Source: Raillietiella orientalis
Taxonomy: Eukaryota
Assembly (NCBI GenBank): GCA_036172245.1
Contig: JAYWIR010000018.1
Span: 1,178,001 to 1,242,000 of the forward strand
Direction of reading: 5' to 3'
Length of the DNA stretch: 64,000 bases
The notes beneath the pieces are model-generated. The model was not told the origin of the DNA and searched no databases. It worked only from the letters and a program-made list of their open reading frames with translations. Numbering within the stretch: position 1 is the first letter of the stretch; every line of letters starts with the position of its first letter. Of the stretch, positions 59,914 through 64,000 are shown one piece after another. Made by a program: the position numbers and the translations under genes.

Positions 59914-62900
59914 TGCGTGCCTGGCTTGCGCGTTGCCGATGAGCGAGGATGCTGCGACCCTAAGCTGGATTCTCCTGGAGGACCCAACAGCCGCGGAGTT
60001 CGAATCCGCTCAGTGCACCTGAGCCAGAAAGATCTCTTTAGGCTCGCGTAAGGCCGAGACTAGGATAAACCGACTGGGCCCAGTGGCCGGGTCCCCCCTG
60101 TGCCGAGCGGAAGGCTGCAGGTTGGAACCCAGGCGGTGCACTCGCGCTAGAACGGGAACACAGAGACAGGGCAACAGCAGTGGAGGGTAGGCCGAATCGA
60201 TCGCACTCGCGGGAGCATCACCATGAAGGGAGCGGTTCCAGCTGAGGACGCACCCGGAGAAGACGGATGACTCGCTCGAGGAGGAGGAGGAGGAGGAAGG
60301 CTAGCGCGATCCCGGAGCGTCGTCGTCCATCGCGACGACGAGTGCTCGGACGGTCGCACGGAAGGGAATCGTCGGGTGCGCGGATCTAACCTCATCCCCC
60401 GAGGGCATCAGAGGCAACAACGCAGACGAAGGGGAGGGAAATCCTTCGGGCGCTCCGAAAATCGCACCTGAAAGCCGGATCTTCCGCGAGACTTCCGGTA
60501 GACTGACGCCCCTAAGGGAACGATGAGCGTGAGGGAGGATGAAGCGCCACGCCCATTCCCAGTGCGAGCGAACGGAGGGGAGACAGCTGGAATTCACGCA
60601 AGGATGCACCGTGACCGCGCCATCTTTGGGGATGAGGGATGTTCCTGCTCACGCCCACCGGTCGACCACAGCTGACGTTGCTGCCGGCTCGAGGAAGCCG
60701 CTGCGCCCGGGGCTAGTGGGAAGAACCAATCGTGTGGGTTCTTCCCGCCTGAGGCGAAAAACATTCCCGGGGGTGACACGCGCCGTCCCTTGGGCGGGAC
60801 GCGCCCAGAGCTGCGCGCTGGGAGAGGCTGGGGGGAGGGGGAGGGGATTCGCGTGTTGCTTTCGGCTTCTCCACTCCTTATCCAAGCTGTGCTCGCGGGA
60901 ACCTCTGGGAGCTCGCAGAGAGGGCGAACGCGCGCATCCCGTTCCTCTGTCCCCTCGAAGGGAGCCTGCGCACCCTTCAAGTTACCTCCTGGGGTTCTCG
61001 GCCAGCCGCACCCAGGTATGAGGAGGTATGGGAGGAGAGGCACTTTTGCGGAAGCGTCCACAAGGTCCCCGGCAAGAGACGGAGAGGAGGAGCTTCCGGG
61101 TGCTGAAAAGGGAAGGGACCTCAAGGCGGAGCACCTGCCACGCCGGCAGCAAGAGGGAGGCTCGACCGCAGGCCTTCCTGAGGAGATCCTGGGGAGGATC
61201 CTCCCCTGGCAGGTAGAGCGGCGACGCGGCCGCACGTGCGGCCCCAAGGGTTGTGGCGGCCTTGAGGACGGACTCGGAGCGCGTCGAGCAGCGGCGGACG
61301 GATATGTCACGCGATGGGCACAGAAGGCGCTTTCGCCGCCGGGACCGGGCAGCCGGCGTGAGGACGCACTGCCGGGCGTGAGAGCTGGAGGACTCTGCTC
61401 TGGAATGCGGGTCTCTCGACCAAGAGAGACGTTGTCCGTCTGGCCAGAGACTGGACCGATGGCCCGCTTTTTTCCATGGCTGCTGCGTCCCCCCCCTCCC
61501 CTCCCCTTCCCAGCGTACGAACGAAACGCCGCCGAGCACGCGCGTTTTCGTTCGACTGCAAGCAGTCGCGCGCGCAGCATCACCGCTGCGACCGGGTGAC
61601 CGGACGACTGTGCGGGCGGCGAAGGAGAGCGGGACGCGACCGATGGGAGGAGGAGGAAGAGAGCAGTGGGAACTGGACGCCCCCTTTCCCTGCAAGCGTG
61701 TTCCTCGCCTACAATTCGGAACAACGGAAACGTCGGTCCCACAGAGGCGGGATCAAATTCTTCTCCAGAAGCCCACGCGACGACGGACCAAGGAAGGTTC
61801 TTCGGCTCGTGGAAGGCTCAGCACCCTCCCCCACGCGCGGCATCCGCTCCGATTTGCTGGCGGAGGGAGAGCGCTCCTTGCCCCCCCCCCCTTTTTGTTT
61901 TCTCTCGTGCCTGCCTGTTGCACCCCTTTTTTGTGATGTTCAGCACCCGCTGACCCCGGAGACGTCACGAGGGCCGCCGTCGAGGAGGTTTCCTCTCTTA
62001 CGGCTTCCTCGCCTCCATCTCCACCGCCATCTATTCGCCTTCGCCTTCATTTGCATCTTCGCTGTGAGAGATCGTGACCGCTTCACGGAGATCTGGGAAG
62101 ATTTCTGTCTTCATCATGGCTCACGGGAGCGGAAAAAAGACATTGCCGGAAACTGACTGGAGCCGAACGTGGTCCAATGACGCTCCGAAATCTGCGCGGA
62201 CAATTGGAACACATGACGTGCGGAAATGTTTTTTTGTTGTTGTTGTTTCGAGCGTGACGTCATCTTTTTCGCCGAAGAGCGCCTTCTAGAGGAACAGAGG
62301 AACCTTCTGAGAGAGCTGGCTGGGAAGGCGCGGCCGAGAACCCTCTACCTCCCCCTTTCCCTTATCCTCAGGGTCTGATCCATGTGCCGGACCGCAATCC
62401 AGCTTGCCTGAGTGTGCACACAAGGAACCGCAGGAAGTCGGATGACAGGCGGATGTGTGCGCAGCAAATGCGGGCTGAAGTGTGTGTGCGTGCGAATGCG
62501 TGTGCGCAGCTCGGAAACCATCGGGAGAGAACACGTGCGTGCAGGTCCGCAGCGAGGAGAGCCAGTTCGTTCCGCTTCCGACCGGTTTCCGGCGAAACTT
62601 CGCGCGCGCGAGCGCGGGACGCGACGAGCGGGATGACGACCCACCATTCCTCGCCACACCCCCAGGAGTCGATGGCTGCTGCAAGGCGAGCAGGTTGGTG
62701 GACGGCGTCACTCCTCGTTCTCGGGCGAGGGGACTCCTTCGGCGGCGCGCGACCTGCTCGGTGTGCTTCTCCGAAGAACTCGCGGTGTCTCCCTTGTCCA
62801 CGAACATTACGGTGCACCCGTAACGGTGGAAACGAAACGTCCTGCTGCTTCTGCACCGGACACCCGGTTTCCGGGGGATTGCCTCCCCCGAACTGTTCCA

Positions 62901-63804
62901 GGTGCTAGGCGATGGGATCGCTCCCGCACGTTCTGTTGGACTGCAGCGCCCCTCGCGAGGACATTCGGAGGACACCCACCCTCGGCTCCGGACTAGCTGT
63001 GGCACTTCCTCGCGCCAGGAGGGCTAGCGGCGGGCGCCGTGACCGCAACGAGACGCTGCATCTCCGCGCCATGGTGACAGTCCGCTCCGCGGTGGAGTCT
63101 CGCTCGGAGCGAGGGGAAACCGCCAGCGTGGAAGCCGCCTCGATGAGGGCGGCTGCACGCTGGCCTCACGCTGCAGGAAGAAGTCGCCAGAGAGGTCGCC
63201 ACCATAAGCCTCCTGTCCCTACCCTCCCTCCTTTTCCTACTTATTGTCCCCTGCCTCCGTTCCCCACTTCCTTAGAAGTCAGCTTGAGTGCCGTTGGTCA
63301 TACCCAATGAACTTCTTTTTTTTTTCCTTGCATCTTAGGGGATAGAGTTCCCCTTACTTGTGGTTTATACACGTCCCGGAGAGACCAGGTACAAACCCTC
63401 CCTGCCCCTTCTCGCAGTCTGCAGAGTCCCGCGTGGAGAGACGTCAGATCGAGAACGGCAACCCAGAAAAAGCACCAACAGGCCGCAGCACAGACTCAAA
63501 GCAGTAACAACTTGCGTGCCTGGCTTGCGCATTGCCGATGAGCGAGGATGCTGCGACCCTAAGCTGGATTCTCCTGGAGGACCCAACAGCCGCGGAGTTC
63601 GAATCCGCTCAGTGCACCTGAGCCAGAAAGATCTCTTTAGGCTCGCGTAAGGCCGAGACTAGGATAAACCGACTGGGCCCAGTGGCCGGGTCCCCCCTGT
63701 GCCGAGCAGAAGGCTGCAGGTTGGAACCCAGGCGGTGCACTCGCGCTAGAACGGGAACACAGAGACAGGGCAACAGAAGTGGAGGGTAGGCTGAATCGAT
63801 TGCA
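59914..63804 (+). repeat. Pair of 292-bp near-identical direct repeats (59914-60205 and 63513-63804)
   Basis: tgcgtgcctggcttgcgc..gaatcgat(c/t)gca; the same length, about five substitutions and no indel seen. Confidence 0.95.
62890..63380 (+). mobile_element. LINE zinc-knuckle and 3' UTR remnant
   Basis: NCSRC*AMGSLPHVLLDCSA. 63045-63120 matches 9120-9195 on the minus strand, and the 3' UTR matches 7950-8250. Confidence 0.75.
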
Positions 63805-64000
63805 CCCTAGGGGGAAATGGATAGGAGAGTTCGCAAGGTGGGAAGGGGCGCGCACTCTCCGCTCTCCCTCGTATCCCATGGAAACAGAAGACGCAGGTAG
63901 AGAGAAAACCTACTGGGTGGTTTGTGCCCCCCTCTCTGCCGGGAGCAAGCAGCCACTTAGCAAACGGCCCGCCTCGGGCTCTGACCTTGAGACGGAAAGT

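Noticed and set aside
59950..60020. tRNA gene around GTTCGAATCC
   Set aside because: No convincing A box, anticodon arm or acceptor stem; kept only as a possible SINE feature.
59914..63804. LTR retrotransposon defined by the 292-bp repeats
   Set aside because: No TSD (cggga vs cccta), no PBS or PPT, and no gag/pol/integrase motifs inside.
1..64000. CRISPR array, operons, or hammerhead ribozymes (CTGATGA..GAAA)
   Set aside because: The context is eukaryotic with spliceosomal introns; there are no regularly spaced repeats, and the CTGATGA hits checked lack the paired GAAA core.

Overview
GC-rich metazoan (most likely arthropod) genomic DNA. Two intron-containing host genes converge across a ~32 kb intergenic block. 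On + are the last five exons of a lysosomal Pro-X carboxypeptidase (PRCP, 2493-3855, catalytic triad intact). On - is a SAM-RhoGAP-START gene of the DLC1/STARD13/crossveinless-c family (core exons 39280 down to 36459, with probable further 5' exons to ~48200). The intergenic block and the RhoGAP upstream/intronic region are filled with decayed non-LTR retrotransposon pieces, mostly L1/Tx1-like plus one RLE-type remnant; no intact element is visible. Two things stand out. (1) Three intronless fragments of host transcription co-regulator genes are buried in this debris: the AF4/FMR2 (lilliputian) C-terminal domain (7231-7887 +), the MED13/skuld C-terminal region (28028-28880 -) and a Yorkie/YAP-type WW domain (59102-59179 -). 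All have visibly more A/T-ending codons than the resident genes. (2) An essentially perfect ~1.25 kb inverted repeat (14267-15518 / 19520-20770) surrounds a 4 kb spacer in an otherwise heavily diverged region. Homology calls come from motif recognition by eye, not database searches.
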